From positions 106,547-170,546 of the forward strand of contig CAVRFW010000003.1 in the NCBI GenBank assembly GCA_963720565.1: 64,000 nt of DNA, read 5' to 3'. The number at the start of each line of letters is the position of its first letter. Position 1 is the first letter of the stretch. Below, in pieces: positions 1 through 10,855 of this stretch. The translations under genes were made by a program, and so were the position numbers. A model generated the notes under the pieces. The model saw nothing but the letters and a program-made list of their open reading frames with translations, searched no databases and was not told where the DNA came from. The stretch is from Candidatus Bathyarchaeota archaeon (GTDB taxonomy: Archaea; Thermoproteota; Bathyarchaeia; Bathyarchaeales; Bathycorpusculaceae).

Positions 1-359
1 AGAAAAAAGGTGTAGAGTCGGCGAATCTGGATATTGGGCTGGTGTCTCCTGCCAGAGGCTCTAGGATTTTCGCTGTTTTGAGCGGGGTTGTCGATGCAGG
101 TGTTAATGTACCTCATGATGAGGCGAAAATCGTAAAGGAGCGGATTAAAGGAGATCACATTGCAAAATATGGGAAGAGTCTAGGGGTTGACACTGAGGTT
201 TACTCGGCAAGATTTTCAAAGTACTTGGAGCAAAAACTGTCTCCTGAAAAAATTCCTGACCACATTGCTAAAGTCAAAGCCGAAATCGTCAGTTCGTTTA
301 CGCAGGAAACTAAGAAGGATGAAAAGAAGACTGTTAGGAAGAAGGTTAAGAAAGAATGA
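1..359 (+). CDS. rpl18: 50S ribosomal protein uL18 (5' partial)
   Basis: Frame open from the window start: ANLDIGL..GSRIFAVLSGVVDAGVNVPH..ERIKGDHIAKY; directly precedes uS5. Confidence 0.95.
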   Translation, partial: KKGVESANLDIGLVSPARGSRIFAVLSGVVDAGVNVPHDEAKIVKERIKGDHIAKYGKSLGVDTEVYSARFSKYLEQKLSPEKIPDHIAKVKAEIVSSFTQETKKDEKKTVRKKVKKE

Positions 360-1000
360 GTCGCTATAAGGAAAGAGAAACAACCCGCTCAGAAGAGTGG
401 GTTCCCAAAACCCGCCTGGGCAAGATGATTCAGGAAGGCAAAATAACATCCATAGATGAGGTCTTCTTGAGTGGACTAAAAATTTCAGAGTCACAAATTG
501 TTGACTCGTTGCTTCCCGACTTACAGGAGGAAGTAATTAATGTTAACTTGGTTCAGAAGCAGACAGATGCGGGTGAAAAATCCCGGTTTAAAGCCATCGT
601 TGCAGTGGGTAACAGGGACGGCTATATCGGCTTAGGCGCTGGGAAGGCAAGCCAAGTCAGAAACGCTATTGAGAAGGCTGCAGCGAATGCAAGATTGAAT
701 ATTGTTCCAGTCAAACGCGGATGTGGAAGTTGGGAGTGCGGTTGTGGAAAACCTCATTCGGTGCCGTTCCAAGTTGAGGGTCAATGTGGAGGCGTCAGAG
801 TAGTCATTGTTCCAGGGCCGAGAGGTTTAGGTCTAGTATCGAGTGAAGTTGCAAAGGTCATTCTGAGTCTAGCTGGCGTGAGCGACCTTTGGATGAGAAG
901 CTATGGTTCGACTAGAACGGTACCATCTTACGCTTACGCCATTTTTGATGCGCTACGGAAGTCCTACAGTTTGATTACTCAAGCGGATTGGGTGAAGTAG
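356..1000 (+). CDS. rps5: 30S ribosomal protein uS5
   Basis: WVPKTRLGKM, VQKQTDAGEKSRF, RGCGSWEC motifs. Confidence 0.98.
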   Translation: MSRYKERETTRSEEWVPKTRLGKMIQEGKITSIDEVFLSGLKISESQIVDSLLPDLQEEVINVNLVQKQTDAGEKSRFKAIVAVGNRDGYIGLGAGKASQVRNAIEKAAANARLNIVPVKRGCGSWECGCGKPHSVPFQVEGQCGGVRVVIVPGPRGLGLVSSEVAKVILSLAGVSDLWMRSYGSTRTVPSYAYAIFDALRKSYSLITQADWVK

Positions 1001-1001
1001 T

Positions 1002-1490
1002 GTGGTTGGAAAGGTTGAAGAGCGCAAGTGTATTGTTGCCGTGAAGGTCCGTGGCACCATTAGCGCACAGCGTGAAGCCATTGAAACGCTAAAAATGCTT
1101 CATTTGACAAGGACAAATCATGCGGTATTGATTGACAATCGCCCGGCTTTTCAAGGTATGCTTCAGAGAGTACAGAGCTACGTGACTTGGGGCGAAGTGA
1201 CTAAAGAGACCGTAGCTTCAATGCTGCAGAAGCGTGGAAGACTTGTTGGTGACAAAAAAATATCAGACGAGTATATTCAAAAAATAGGCTTCAGCTCAAT
1301 TGAAACTCTAGCAGATGCCATAGCAACATGCAAAGTAGAGCATCAGAAACTGCTCAGTATGCAGCCAATTTTCAGATTGCATCCTCCAAGTAGAGGCTTC
1401 AAAGGGAAAACGAAAAAGAATTATCGCGCCGGCGGCGAGGCTGGATATCGCGGTGAAGCCATAAACGAGCTCGTAAGACGTATGGTCTAA
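1002..1490 (+). CDS. rpl30: 50S ribosomal protein uL30 (archaeal long form)
   Basis: FRLHPPSRGF..GGEAGYRGEAINELVRRM; operon position. Confidence 0.97.
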   Translation: MVGKVEERKCIVAVKVRGTISAQREAIETLKMLHLTRTNHAVLIDNRPAFQGMLQRVQSYVTWGEVTKETVASMLQKRGRLVGDKKISDEYIQKIGFSSIETLADAIATCKVEHQKLLSMQPIFRLHPPSRGFKGKTKKNYRAGGEAGYRGEAINELVRRMV

Positions 1491-1655
1491 GACTTTGTTC
1501 TAACGCGCTTTAGCCTTTTTTTCTTGCAGACACAGTAGACAGACTGGCAGTTCCATGACAACATAGAAAGTACCATGATAATCAATTCTGAATCCTAATC
1601 AGCGCTTCGCATTGTTTTTATAAGCTAAATTCCACACTGCTGAGAAGGTTCCGCA

Positions 1656-2267
1656 ATGATGATGGATGTTGCAGCGTTCAAGTTAACTCAGTTTGCTGTC
1701 CTGCTCGTTTTTGCCATATTCATATCAGATTTTAGGAAAAAGAAAGGCATAACGCCGCTTGTCAGCGAAAGACTGACCCTGCTAATGAAGATATCCTATT
1801 TTGTTCCTTTGATTGCCTTTGTGTACGTGCTAATCACGCTAAACACTGTTTTGTCCTTCGACATTATAACGTTGGGATTGACCTTTATTGGGACAGCCAT
1901 TGTCGTCAGAGCGAAATTAGATCTATCACGGCACCATACTTGGACAGGATATTGTTTGCATGGTTCAAAATTCACAACCAAAGGCATCTATGCCTACATT
2001 CGCCACCCCATTTACACTGGGATATATGTTTTTGTAATAGGTGGCTTCTTCACAGTAATTCCGCACGCAAGCTGGCAATTATCAACAACACTAGCGGTAA
2101 CTGCCCTCTTTTGCATGGCATACATAATGGCTTTCCTCGCACTACTTGCAAACAAAGAGACCAACACGCTGCTGCGCCAACACGGTGTGAAATTCCAAAA
2201 ATACAAAGAGAAAGTTCATCCCTTTTTTCCGCTGAGAAAATACAAAGTTACAGAGACAATCGGCTAG
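1656..2267 (+). CDS. ICMT/PEMT-family membrane methyltransferase
   Basis: Multiple TM helices; GIYAYIRHPIYTG motif; C-terminal YKEKVHPFFP. Confidence 0.8.
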   Translation: MMMDVAAFKLTQFAVLLVFAIFISDFRKKKGITPLVSERLTLLMKISYFVPLIAFVYVLITLNTVLSFDIITLGLTFIGTAIVVRAKLDLSRHHTWTGYCLHGSKFTTKGIYAYIRHPIYTGIYVFVIGGFFTVIPHASWQLSTTLAVTALFCMAYIMAFLALLANKETNTLLRQHGVKFQKYKEKVHPFFPLRKYKVTETIG

Positions 2268-2401
2268 AATGTATCCAAGCGTTCTCTTAGGTAATGAATC
2301 TAAGACAAATGATCCTGTAATGCTCTGTTTCTTCTCTTCTTTTAAATGCGATACATTTTATAGTTACTCTGAAGATGCCATTGTGAATAGGAGAAACAGA
2401 C

Positions 2402-2854
2402 TTGAGCGCGAAATGGCGGAGAAGCAAGAAACATATGCGATGGCTAGATTTTCCGGATATGGAAAAACCCAGCGCCCGACTTGCACCTAAGACGATGCGA
2501 CTAGACCCAATTCGAACCGCCAGAACCGCTCACACTCAGAATTACCACATGCCCAGAAACTATCGCAAGAAGAACTGGAAAGAACCCAAACCACTTATTG
2601 ACATCTTCCAAGAGAAAGCTTGGATTACAATAGTAGCGGAAATCGCAGGCTTTAATAAGGAAACCCTCAAAATAGAGGTGAAAGACCAGAAATTAACCTT
2701 GTCTGCAAAAGCGAAAGATCGCAGATATTATAAAAGTTTAAATCTGCCGAAAGAAGTCATTCCAAACGTTATGCACACAACCTACAAAAACGGTGTGCTT
2801 GAAATCAAACTAAAGAAAGCCGAAAAAGAACCAACAATCAATAGAAGAAGTTGA
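2402..2854 (+). CDS. Hsp20/alpha-crystallin family protein
   Basis: PLIDIF..VAEIAG..YKNGVLEIKLKK. Confidence 0.88.
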   Translation: MSAKWRRSKKHMRWLDFPDMEKPSARLAPKTMRLDPIRTARTAHTQNYHMPRNYRKKNWKEPKPLIDIFQEKAWITIVAEIAGFNKETLKIEVKDQKLTLSAKAKDRRYYKSLNLPKEVIPNVMHTTYKNGVLEIKLKKAEKEPTINRRS

Positions 2855-2858
2855 AAAT

Positions 2859-3293
2859 ATGCCGCACAAACTTAGAAAGATTAGAAAAACCCGCGGGTCT
2901 AGAACTCAAGGCTACGGAAGAATAGGTCAACATCGTGATGCAGGATCAAAAGGGCATAGGAAAGTTGGACGCCACAAGCACCTGTGGAGCTACGTCTCAA
3001 CATACGAGCCCGACTACTTTGGCAAACACGGCTTCACTTCACCCCAAAGCCTTAAACGCAAAGAAAAGACCCTCAACCTGGAGAAGCTTGAAGAACTATC
3101 TCACAATTTTCAGGTTGAAGAGGGCAAGCTGAACGTAGATTTGACTAGCTTGGGCTTCACCAAACTACTAGGAACGGGGAAAATCACAAAACCGTTAACC
3201 GTGACAATCGCAACTTGTTCAAAAACCGCAGCTGAAAAAATTAAGAAAGCTGGCGGAGAAGTATTGCTCGCGTCTCAGGAAAACGGAGAGTAG
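2859..3293 (+). CDS. rpl15: 50S ribosomal protein uL15
   Basis: RKTRGSRTQGYGRIGQHR, YFGKHGF, KLLGTG. Confidence 0.97.
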   Translation: MPHKLRKIRKTRGSRTQGYGRIGQHRDAGSKGHRKVGRHKHLWSYVSTYEPDYFGKHGFTSPQSLKRKEKTLNLEKLEELSHNFQVEEGKLNVDLTSLGFTKLLGTGKITKPLTVTIATCSKTAAEKIKKAGGEVLLASQENGE

Positions 3294-3302
3294 TATTGCT
3301 AA

Positions 3303-4719
3303 ATGGCCGGAAGATTCCTAAGCCTTTTCAAGCCTCTCGGAAGAATACTTCCTGAGATAAAAGTCCCTGCTCGAAAGGTCAGCTTCAACGAAAAGATCTT
3401 CTGGACGGCCATAGTTTTAATCGTGTATTTGGTCATGTCGGAGATTTCCCTATACGGAATTAGCTCAAACATACAAGACCAATTTGGCGCTCTTCGAGTA
3501 ATTTTCGCTTCAAACCGTGGCACGCTGATGGAGCTAGGTATCGGTCCCATAGTAACGGCAGGCTTGATTTTGCAGCTGCTTTCGGGTTCAGCAATAATAA
3601 ACTGCGACATGTCTAACCCGGAAGACAGAGGACTCTTCACAATCGCTAGCAAAGTTTTCTCGATAGTTCTAACAGGAATCCAAGCCGGCGCATACCTGAT
3701 AAGTGGCATGTACGGCAATTTCGGAGACCTAGGTACAGCTTCAATAGTGATATTCATACAACTTATAGCGGCAGGCATAATCGTAATGTTGCTGGACGAG
3801 TTAGTCCAGAAAGGATGGGGACTAGGCAGCGGAATCAGCCTCTTTATAATGGCAGGCGTTGCCCAAAACATCATGTGGTCCTCTTTTTCTCCACAGTCTG
3901 GTCTATTTGTGGGTTCGCTCTCCCTGCTGTTAGGCGGCGGTCAATCGTTAACGTCGTGGATAGTCGGCGAAGCATATGCAAGTTCGCTAATTGGTCTAAT
4001 CGCCACAATAGGCGCGTTCTTGGCTGTAATCTACTTGCAGGGGGTTAGAATTGAACTCCCATTGACATATGCTGGATACAAGGGTTTCCGCAGTCGGTAT
4101 CCGATTAAACTCTTGTACGTTTCCAACCTTGCCAGTTATTTTTGCTTCCGCGCTTTTCGCCAACGTTTACTTCTTTTCCCAACTAATATGGAACACAAGC
4201 AACTCCAACAACTCAAACTTTTGGCTGAATCTTCTGGGTACGTATAAATACGTAACTTCAGGCAATAGCACCAGCCTGCAACCATCAGGCGGATTGGTTT
4301 ACTACGTGACGGCGCCTAACAGTCTTCAAGCAGTCGCCGCTGAACCAATAAGAGCTGCTGTCTACTTAGCCATCCTAGTGGGTTTCTGCGCTGCGTTCTC
4401 TCTTATTTGGCTTGAAGTTGGCGGTCTTGGTCCAGACAAAGTTGCTAAACAACTCATGGATGCAGGTATGCAGATTCCAGGTTATAGACGGTCGGGAAGA
4501 CCAATTGAGGCAATTCTGAAGCGTTACATTCCAGTTGTCACAGTTCTAGGCGGAATTATTATAGGATTGATTGCCGGCGTAGCGGATTTCCTGGGTGTTT
4601 TCGGCTCAGGAACAGGTATCATGCTGGCGGTGGGCATAATCTATCAGTATTACGAATTGCTAATGCGTGAAAGAGCTTCTGAAATGTTCCCTGCTTTCAG
4701 GAGAATTCTCGGCGAGTAA
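3303..4719 (+). CDS. secY: Preprotein translocase SecY, split by a 1-bp frameshift near 4128 (probable sequencing error)
   Basis: GTLMELGIGPIVTAG; YPIKLLYVSN|LPVIFASAL continues in the second frame; QIPGYRR. Confidence 0.95.
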
Positions 4720-5079
4720 GGTTCCAAAGGAGCAACTGGGAACCGAAGTCCGTTTATTCTCTCTCCCTCTCATTTGGGCATGATAGCTTGGTAGTCATCT
4801 TCCAGAAACTACGTTTCTATCCTACAGTTTTTCTTTAGGCGGCAGTACGGTGTAGCATAGTGAATATTGGTCAACTATTACCAAAACACGACCACTTCAG
4901 AATTACAGTTCATTATCGGAAGATTAGAATGTGTTAAAAAGAGATGTAAAACTGCCTTGAATTAGTTCTTTCTGAAAGCAATGTTTTTCCATGAGAGTGC
5001 CTGAAACTGAAAATGGTTATTAACAAGAACACAAATAGGCTTAAAAGAGTCTGTGACAAAGCGGGGAAAAAAGTAGACA

Positions 5080-5559
5080 ATGTCAGCTATTGATATTTCA
5101 ATTATACCGTTTTCAACAGTGTTGATTTTGCTAATTACATTTGCTGTTTCACTAATCAACATGATTATCAACCGCGTGTTGGTTAGCCGTATGGTGGGCT
5201 GGGAAGAATACAGGGCAATGCAGAAGGAAATCGCTGAACATCGTTCTCAGACTATGAAGGCGGTGCGGGCAAACGACAAGAAAATGGTTGAGAAACTGAA
5301 AAGGAAAGATGCACAGATCAACCAAATGCAAATGAAGATGAGCAAACCCCAGATGCTACTTTTGCCAATTAGTTTTGTTTACATACTTATCTGGTGGTTC
5401 TTTCTAAATCCAGCATACATAACCCCTGGAGGAATTGCGATTCCTGTGGCAATCGTGCCTGGAATAGGTGGAATACCAGTGCTTTACTGGTACATGCTCT
5501 GCTCTTTCATGTTCGGAACACTAGTCTCTAAAATGTTAGGCGTAACCCCGATTGAATAG
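5080..5559 (+). CDS. EMC3/TMCO1 (DUF106, Oxa1 superfamily) membrane protein
   Basis: TM, coiled coil, TM; WYMLCS motif; conserved position after secY. Confidence 0.88.
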   Translation: MSAIDISIIPFSTVLILLITFAVSLINMIINRVLVSRMVGWEEYRAMQKEIAEHRSQTMKAVRANDKKMVEKLKRKDAQINQMQMKMSKPQMLLLPISFVYILIWWFFLNPAYITPGGIAIPVAIVPGIGGIPVLYWYMLCSFMFGTLVSKMLGVTPIE

Positions 5560-5586
5560 TGTTGGCTGCTCTGCTGAGGTTGCGTT

Positions 5587-6201
5587 ATGGACAAACCTGT
5601 AGACGACAAGTATTGTGTTGGAAAGAGAATAGTTGTTTGTATTTCCGGAATGGCTGGAACTGGAAAAAGCACCCTATCCAGGAAGCTTGCCCAAAAATAC
5701 AAACTTCGGCATTATTCAGGTGGCGATGCTCTGAAGGAGTTGGCTGCAGAGGAAGGCTACACTGTATCTGGTCCTGGCTGGTGGGAAAGCTCTGAAGGTC
5801 TCAGTTTCCTGGAAAAGAGAGGAAAAGACGAAAAATTCGACAAGGCAGTAGATGACAAGTTATTGGAATATGCTAGGCAAGGCAACGTTCTCCTAGACAG
5901 TTGGACAATGCCTTGGTTACTTCCATATGGCTTTAAAATCTGGTTGTCTGCTTCCGTCGAGAAAAGAGCAGAGAGAATTGTCAAACGAGATAATACAACT
6001 ATCAGAGAAGCCTTGGACGTCATGAAAGAACGAGAAAGCAAAACCAAGGCTATCTACCAGAAACTCTATGGCTTCGCGCTTGGTGAAGATTTCGCGCCTT
6101 TCCATCTTGTTATGGACACTGACAATTTGGATGCAGATGAGGTTTTTCGGGTTCTCTGCAAAGTATTGGATAATATGGTGTTCAGTAACAAAGACCGGTA
6201 G
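5587..6201 (+). CDS. cmk: Cytidylate kinase
   Basis: ISGMAGTGKST P-loop; KIWLSAS..RAERI; synteny. Confidence 0.92.
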   Translation: MDKPVDDKYCVGKRIVVCISGMAGTGKSTLSRKLAQKYKLRHYSGGDALKELAAEEGYTVSGPGWWESSEGLSFLEKRGKDEKFDKAVDDKLLEYARQGNVLLDSWTMPWLLPYGFKIWLSASVEKRAERIVKRDNTTIREALDVMKERESKTKAIYQKLYGFALGEDFAPFHLVMDTDNLDADEVFRVLCKVLDNMVFSNKDR

Positions 6202-6301
6202 TTTTTCAACAGCCTTGATTTTTCTCTTGATTGAGTCTACCGAGTTTCTACTGCTATTTTAGTGGGGAGCAAAATCTGTTTACTTTTATGTCCAAAATCC
6301 G

Positions 6302-7393
6302 TCAATTTCTGTGAAGGTTAACCAAGCCTTGAGGTTTGGAGCTGTTTTTCTTTAAGAGGAACCTTGCATTTTTCCATTGGTCCCTAGCTAGCGTCAAGTT
6401 ACCGTATGGTCCACCGTGAAGTGAATAGAAGATGTAGCACAAGTAGGTGCATTGTGTACACTCGTTGTAGGTTTTGCGTAGCGAGTTGAATTGGTCGCTC
6501 TTCCATATTTTGGGTAAGTCAAATATGGACGCGGCAAAGTTGTTGTTGTGACATCCGGCTATTCTGCCTAGATGGTCTACGACGAGAAAGTTCTGAAGGG
6601 CGTGGCATTTCCATGTTCGTTTGCCTTCTTTGTAGAGGCTTTTCATGGTGTTTAGCAGTTTGTTGGTTATCAATATGTTTTTGTTTTTCTTTTTCATTTC
6701 CTTAAGGGAATCACAAAGTTTTGCCATTGCCTGCGAATCTGTTATGGTGAGTTCATCATTGTTCTTGCCAATTCTAAAAAGTTGATTAACATCATTTGAC
6801 TCATCGAAAGTATAGAGGCAATACCAAACCGGAATCCCTTTCTGTGAAAAGAAATTTGTGATATCTACTATCTCATTCAGGTTTAGCTGCGAGATTGTAG
6901 GCGTAACACTAACATTTATTCCTTCATTGTGTAGTGTTTCAACAGTTTCAATGGCCGTTTTCCAAGAGCCTTGTACACCTTTTATGTAGTCATTTTTTTC
7001 TGGATCTAGGCTATCGATTGAAATAGCTACGAAGTCTACATTTCGTAAGGCATCAATTTTCTTGGCAGCCATGCTCCCGTTGTCGTATACTGTTGTAACG
7101 AAAAAGCGCGAGGCATAGTTGATTATCTCATCTATGTCTTCTCTTAAGAGAGGGTCTCCTCCAGACAGCACGAGTTCGACGACCCCGAGGTCGTTCAGTA
7201 TTTCCAGACCTCTTTTTATCTCGTCTGTGGATAGTTCTCTTTGGTCTTGCTCCTTCCAGACGTTACAACCTCTGCAATGATAGTTGCATTTTCTTGTTAT
7301 CATCCACTGAGCGTGATGAGGCTTGCTAGGAAGAAGTGAACGTGCTGCAACAGTCGCTGTTTTCCTGATTCTCGAGGTCAAATAATGTTTCAC
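6302..7393 (-). CDS. Radical SAM protein with twitch/SPASM-like C-terminus
   Basis: CNYHCRGC, SGGDPLLR; C-terminal C..GRIAGC..CTQCTYLC. Confidence 0.9.
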   Translation of the reverse strand: MKHYLTSRIRKTATVAARSLLPSKPHHAQWMITRKCNYHCRGCNVWKEQDQRELSTDEIKRGLEILNDLGVVELVLSGGDPLLREDIDEIINYASRFFVTTVYDNGSMAAKKIDALRNVDFVAISIDSLDPEKNDYIKGVQGSWKTAIETVETLHNEGINVSVTPTISQLNLNEIVDITNFFSQKGIPVWYCLYTFDESNDVNQLFRIGKNNDELTITDSQAMAKLCDSLKEMKKKNKNILITNKLLNTMKSLYKEGKRTWKCHALQNFLVVDHLGRIAGCHNNNFAASIFDLPKIWKSDQFNSLRKTYNECTQCTYLCYIFYSLHGGPYGNLTLARDQWKNARFLLKKNSSKPQGLVNLHRN

Positions 7394-7676
7394 TAACCAG
7401 ATTCGTCTGTGGTAAAATATTCAGACCGCAACTATAAAAACCATAGTGCACTATTTGGGTCAACCAAAAGACCAACAGTTCGGTACGGCAGAACTTGAGA
7501 GAAATATCCATTTATCAGGAGGAGCTTTCGCCAAGCTTTTTAGGGTGGAACCGTGAGAACCATACACCAAGTATGCTCAATGAAGCTGGTCTGATTGGCT
7601 ATCTGAGTACAACCAGGACACTATAGAAAGGGAGTCAGGGCTAGCTTCAGAAGATTTGACTAAGGAATAATGGAAT

Positions 7677-8420
7677 GTGACTATGGATCCCATTGATGTA
7701 GTGCTGTTGACGAAAGATAGCGAACGAATTCTCGAGGGTTGCCTCAAATCGGTTTATCGGAACGTCCCTGTCAGAAGACTCATTGTTGTTGACGGTTACT
7801 CTATAGATAGGACTATTGAAATTCTACGCAAGTTTAACGATGACTACAAAAATGTTAAAATCATTTATGACCGCGGAACCCGAGCAACTGCTAGGCAGAA
7901 AGGAATTGAAAATGTTGAAACTGAATGGTTCATGTTTGTAGACAGCGACGTCGTTTTATGCAGAGATTGGTACGGGAAAGCCTTGAAATACGTAAACGCT
8001 GATGTTGGAGCGGTATGGGGCATAGAAGTATGGTCGACTATTAGGAACCAAGCAACACTGAAAATGTTTTTACGTATAACTCGCAAATTGTTCGAGCTCC
8101 GCGGTGGAACACATGACACACTTATCCGGACATGCTTGGTGAAAGACATTCGAATCCCGAGAGACCTCCACGTTTTTGAGGACGCTTATGTGAAAGACTG
8201 GATAACTGCGAAAGGTTACCGCGCTGTTGCGTGTTACGATCCATACTGTATCCATTTCAGACCAGAGAACGTGTGGACCCTGAAAGGAAGTCTGTCCCTA
8301 ATAGCTGACGCTATGAGATGCGGCGGTCCAAGTCTCATTGTCAGACTAACACTCGCCTACGGTTTCTACACAGCATATTCAATGTATCAATTGTTCACAA
8401 ATAGGAGCAGAGGATCCTAG
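7677..8420 (+). CDS. Glycosyltransferase family 2
   Basis: VVDGYSIDRT, FVDSD. Confidence 0.9.
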   Translation: MTMDPIDVVLLTKDSERILEGCLKSVYRNVPVRRLIVVDGYSIDRTIEILRKFNDDYKNVKIIYDRGTRATARQKGIENVETEWFMFVDSDVVLCRDWYGKALKYVNADVGAVWGIEVWSTIRNQATLKMFLRITRKLFELRGGTHDTLIRTCLVKDIRIPRDLHVFEDAYVKDWITAKGYRAVACYDPYCIHFRPENVWTLKGSLSLIADAMRCGGPSLIVRLTLAYGFYTAYSMYQLFTNRSRGS

Positions 8421-8649
8421 ATTGGTACAAGCTTGTAGGCAGAAGTTCACCTTTCATAATCAACTGGACTAAATAGATAGGATACAAAATCTATTGTGAT
8501 GGCGATACTTTTTGCATTTTAAGTCCCTGCAAACTGTAACTTGCACAGCGACTTAGTTTATTTTCACATTGGTGGTATACGGATTTTGTTACCCGTTTTT
8601 CATTTTCAATTGGTTTGTTCTGTTGGCAATTGAAGGCGGCAAAAAGTTT

Positions 8650-9657
8650 TCAGCGATTTAGTGCGGTCCAAAGATGGTCTGATGTGGGTCTAGGCAGGGT
8701 TCTTGTTTCGCCGTTTTTGGACACCAAAACTCGTTCATTTGCATTTTCCAGAAATTCGCCTATGAGCGAAGCTTGGATATGGCTCAATTTCAGGTTTCTG
8801 ATTATCTTGTTTGCGGTTTTCGGCTCTGCAGAAATAACCAGGGCTCCGGAGCTTATGAGTTTCAGTGGATCTAATCTGAAGTGTTTGCAAATCTTCGCCG
8901 TTTCAGAGGCAATGGGGATTTTCTCTTCAAAGATTTTTACTCCCAAGTGTGAGGCATCTGCCATTTCGTTGATTCCTCCCGTTACACCGCCTTCTGTCGG
9001 GTCGTGCATTGCGTGGACTCCTCCTGTTCTATAAGCTGTTAGGGCATCTTTTACCACACTTATTCGTTCGTAGAATATCTTGGCGTTCTGCAGATCCATT
9101 GTACTCATGGTTTTTTTAAGTTCTTTCTCACGGTCGGTGGCCAGAATAGCGGTACCTTCTATACCGGCCGTTTTGGTTAGGATGAGTTTGTCTCCTGCTT
9201 CTGCCCCGCTGGCAGTTACATATTTGCCCTTTTCTGTTAAGCCTATTATGCAACAAACGACTATGGGCCTAGTCAAGCTGGGTGTTACTTCGCAATGCCC
9301 GCCAACGATGGCTACACCCAGGTTTTGGGCTGCAATGTTCATCTGATTGCTAATTGTCTCGACTAGTCCCTTAAGTGCACCATCAGGTAGGAGTATGCAT
9401 GAGAAAAGAAAAGCGGGCTCAACACCAAAAGTGGCTATATCGTTAGCATTCACGTTGACAGCTAGCCAACCGATTCGTTCGACAGCTCCAGTGATGGGAT
9501 CCATTGACACTATCAAGGACTTATCTCCCACGTCTATAACCGCGCCGTCGACACCGACTGACGGTCCAACTGCTACTTCCTGACGTGAAGCACCGAGGTT
9601 CCTGAAAACGACTTCTTTTAGAATGTCTACGGGAATCTTCCCTTGGGGTAATCTCAT
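8650..9657 (-). CDS. AIR synthase (PurM)-superfamily ATP-binding protein
   Basis: GVDGAVID, DPITGA, NDIATFG, GGHCE, AMHDPTEGG. Confidence 0.9.
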   Translation of the reverse strand: MRLPQGKIPVDILKEVVFRNLGASRQEVAVGPSVGVDGAVIDVGDKSLIVSMDPITGAVERIGWLAVNVNANDIATFGVEPAFLFSCILLPDGALKGLVETISNQMNIAAQNLGVAIVGGHCEVTPSLTRPIVVCCIIGLTEKGKYVTASGAEAGDKLILTKTAGIEGTAILATDREKELKKTMSTMDLQNAKIFYERISVVKDALTAYRTGGVHAMHDPTEGGVTGGINEMADASHLGVKIFEEKIPIASETAKICKHFRLDPLKLISSGALVISAEPKTANKIIRNLKLSHIQASLIGEFLENANERVLVSKNGETRTLPRPTSDHLWTALNR

Positions 9658-9683
9658 CTTCGCTCACCTGAAACGTTGTATAT

Positions 9684-10217
9684 CTAGCTTTTAAGTTGTG
9701 GGAAAACGCGTAAAACAATGTGAACGATGGGCATCGCTATCACCAAGCCAACGAGCATCTGTACGATGTTAAATGGAACCTCGATAAGTGCTACAGCAAA
9801 TGGATAGCCTAGTACCATTTGCTCGTAGACAAAATAACCCGCAACCATCAATAATCCTCCGGGAATGATGGAAACAACAGCCCGTAGGTCGGTGTTCGAT
9901 ATTTGTTTCCGAAGACTCATGTAAAGAAAGCCCACAATAGCGCCCTCACAAACTTTAATTAGGAAAGTTCCGGGCGCAAATTGCGCTGTTCCTGGGATAA
10001 GTATATCCGCTATTGTAGCTCCAGCGCCGGCGAACGCTCCTACGAATGGACCAAACATCAAGGCAGCAAAGTAGACTATAATTTCGCCCAAATTGAAGTA
10101 TCCACTTGTGGCTGGTACATAAATGACAAAAGAGTAAGTAGCGATAAACACCAAAGCTGCCAAGACTGATCCCAAAGCTAGTTTAAGTGTCGGCCTTGGA
10201 GAATTCTCCTTTTTCAT
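9684..10217 (-). CDS. ECF transporter S component
   Basis: AALVFIAT, GYFNLGE, GPFVG, NIVQMLVG; about 6 TM helices. Confidence 0.9.
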   Translation of the reverse strand: MKKENSPRPTLKLALGSVLAALVFIATYSFVIYVPATSGYFNLGEIIVYFAALMFGPFVGAFAGAGATIADILIPGTAQFAPGTFLIKVCEGAIVGFLYMSLRKQISNTDLRAVVSIIPGGLLMVAGYFVYEQMVLGYPFAVALIEVPFNIVQMLVGLVIAMPIVHIVLRVFPQLKS

Positions 10218-10855
10218 TATTCTCTCACTGTGTTTTTTTGTGTTTGTTCTTTTATTATTCTCTCAGCTACTGCTAAATCATTTTGTGTATTTATGTTCAG
10301 AAGTACCCCAATCTCTTCGGTTATTATGGCACTAGTGTCTATTTTTCCCACGTTTCGAATTCTTGCACCGTTTATTATGTTCACTCCAGAGACAGCATAC
10401 ATTATGCCATTGTACTCATCTGTGGATGAAACTGAAAGGTTGAGCTCTTCACGTGCTTTTATGGGAACAAAAACAGCTAATGCATCTTTCCTACATTTTG
10501 CGAAAACTGAAACTACCTTGTCTATGAATTCTCCCGTTAAAGCTGGCAAATCAGAGGGAATAACCAAGACTGGACATGGCAAATGAGCTTTTAGGATAGC
10601 CTGTCCTAAATCGTCATGATAGCTTCTACCGTCAGTCTTTATTACTGGCAATCCGTCGCTCATGCATTTTGCTTCTGTGTCAGGTGTGTTTGGGCTGGTC
10701 ACGACGAAAAATTTTGAAACCTTTCTCGCAGACCTAGCTGCATCCACTGCATGCTCTATGAGGGGCTTGCCCATGAAAGGCAACAGTGGTTTCTCACCAG
10801 TTAACTCCATCCTTCTGCCTTTGCCACCTGCCATTATTAGAGCAGGAACTTTCAA
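10217..10855 (-). CDS. cobY: GTP:adenosylcobinamide-phosphate guanylyltransferase-like NTP transferase (copy 1)
   Basis: MAGGKGRRM..EKPLL, SDLP, GVNII, NINT; overlaps cobS. Confidence 0.85.
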   Translation of the reverse strand: MKVPALIMAGGKGRRMELTGEKPLLPFMGKPLIEHAVDAARSARKVSKFFVVTSPNTPDTEAKCMSDGLPVIKTDGRSYHDDLGQAILKAHLPCPVLVIPSDLPALTGEFIDKVVSVFAKCRKDALAVFVPIKAREELNLSVSSTDEYNGIMYAVSGVNIINGARIRNVGKIDTSAIITEEIGVLLNINTQNDLAVAERIIKEQTQKNTVRE

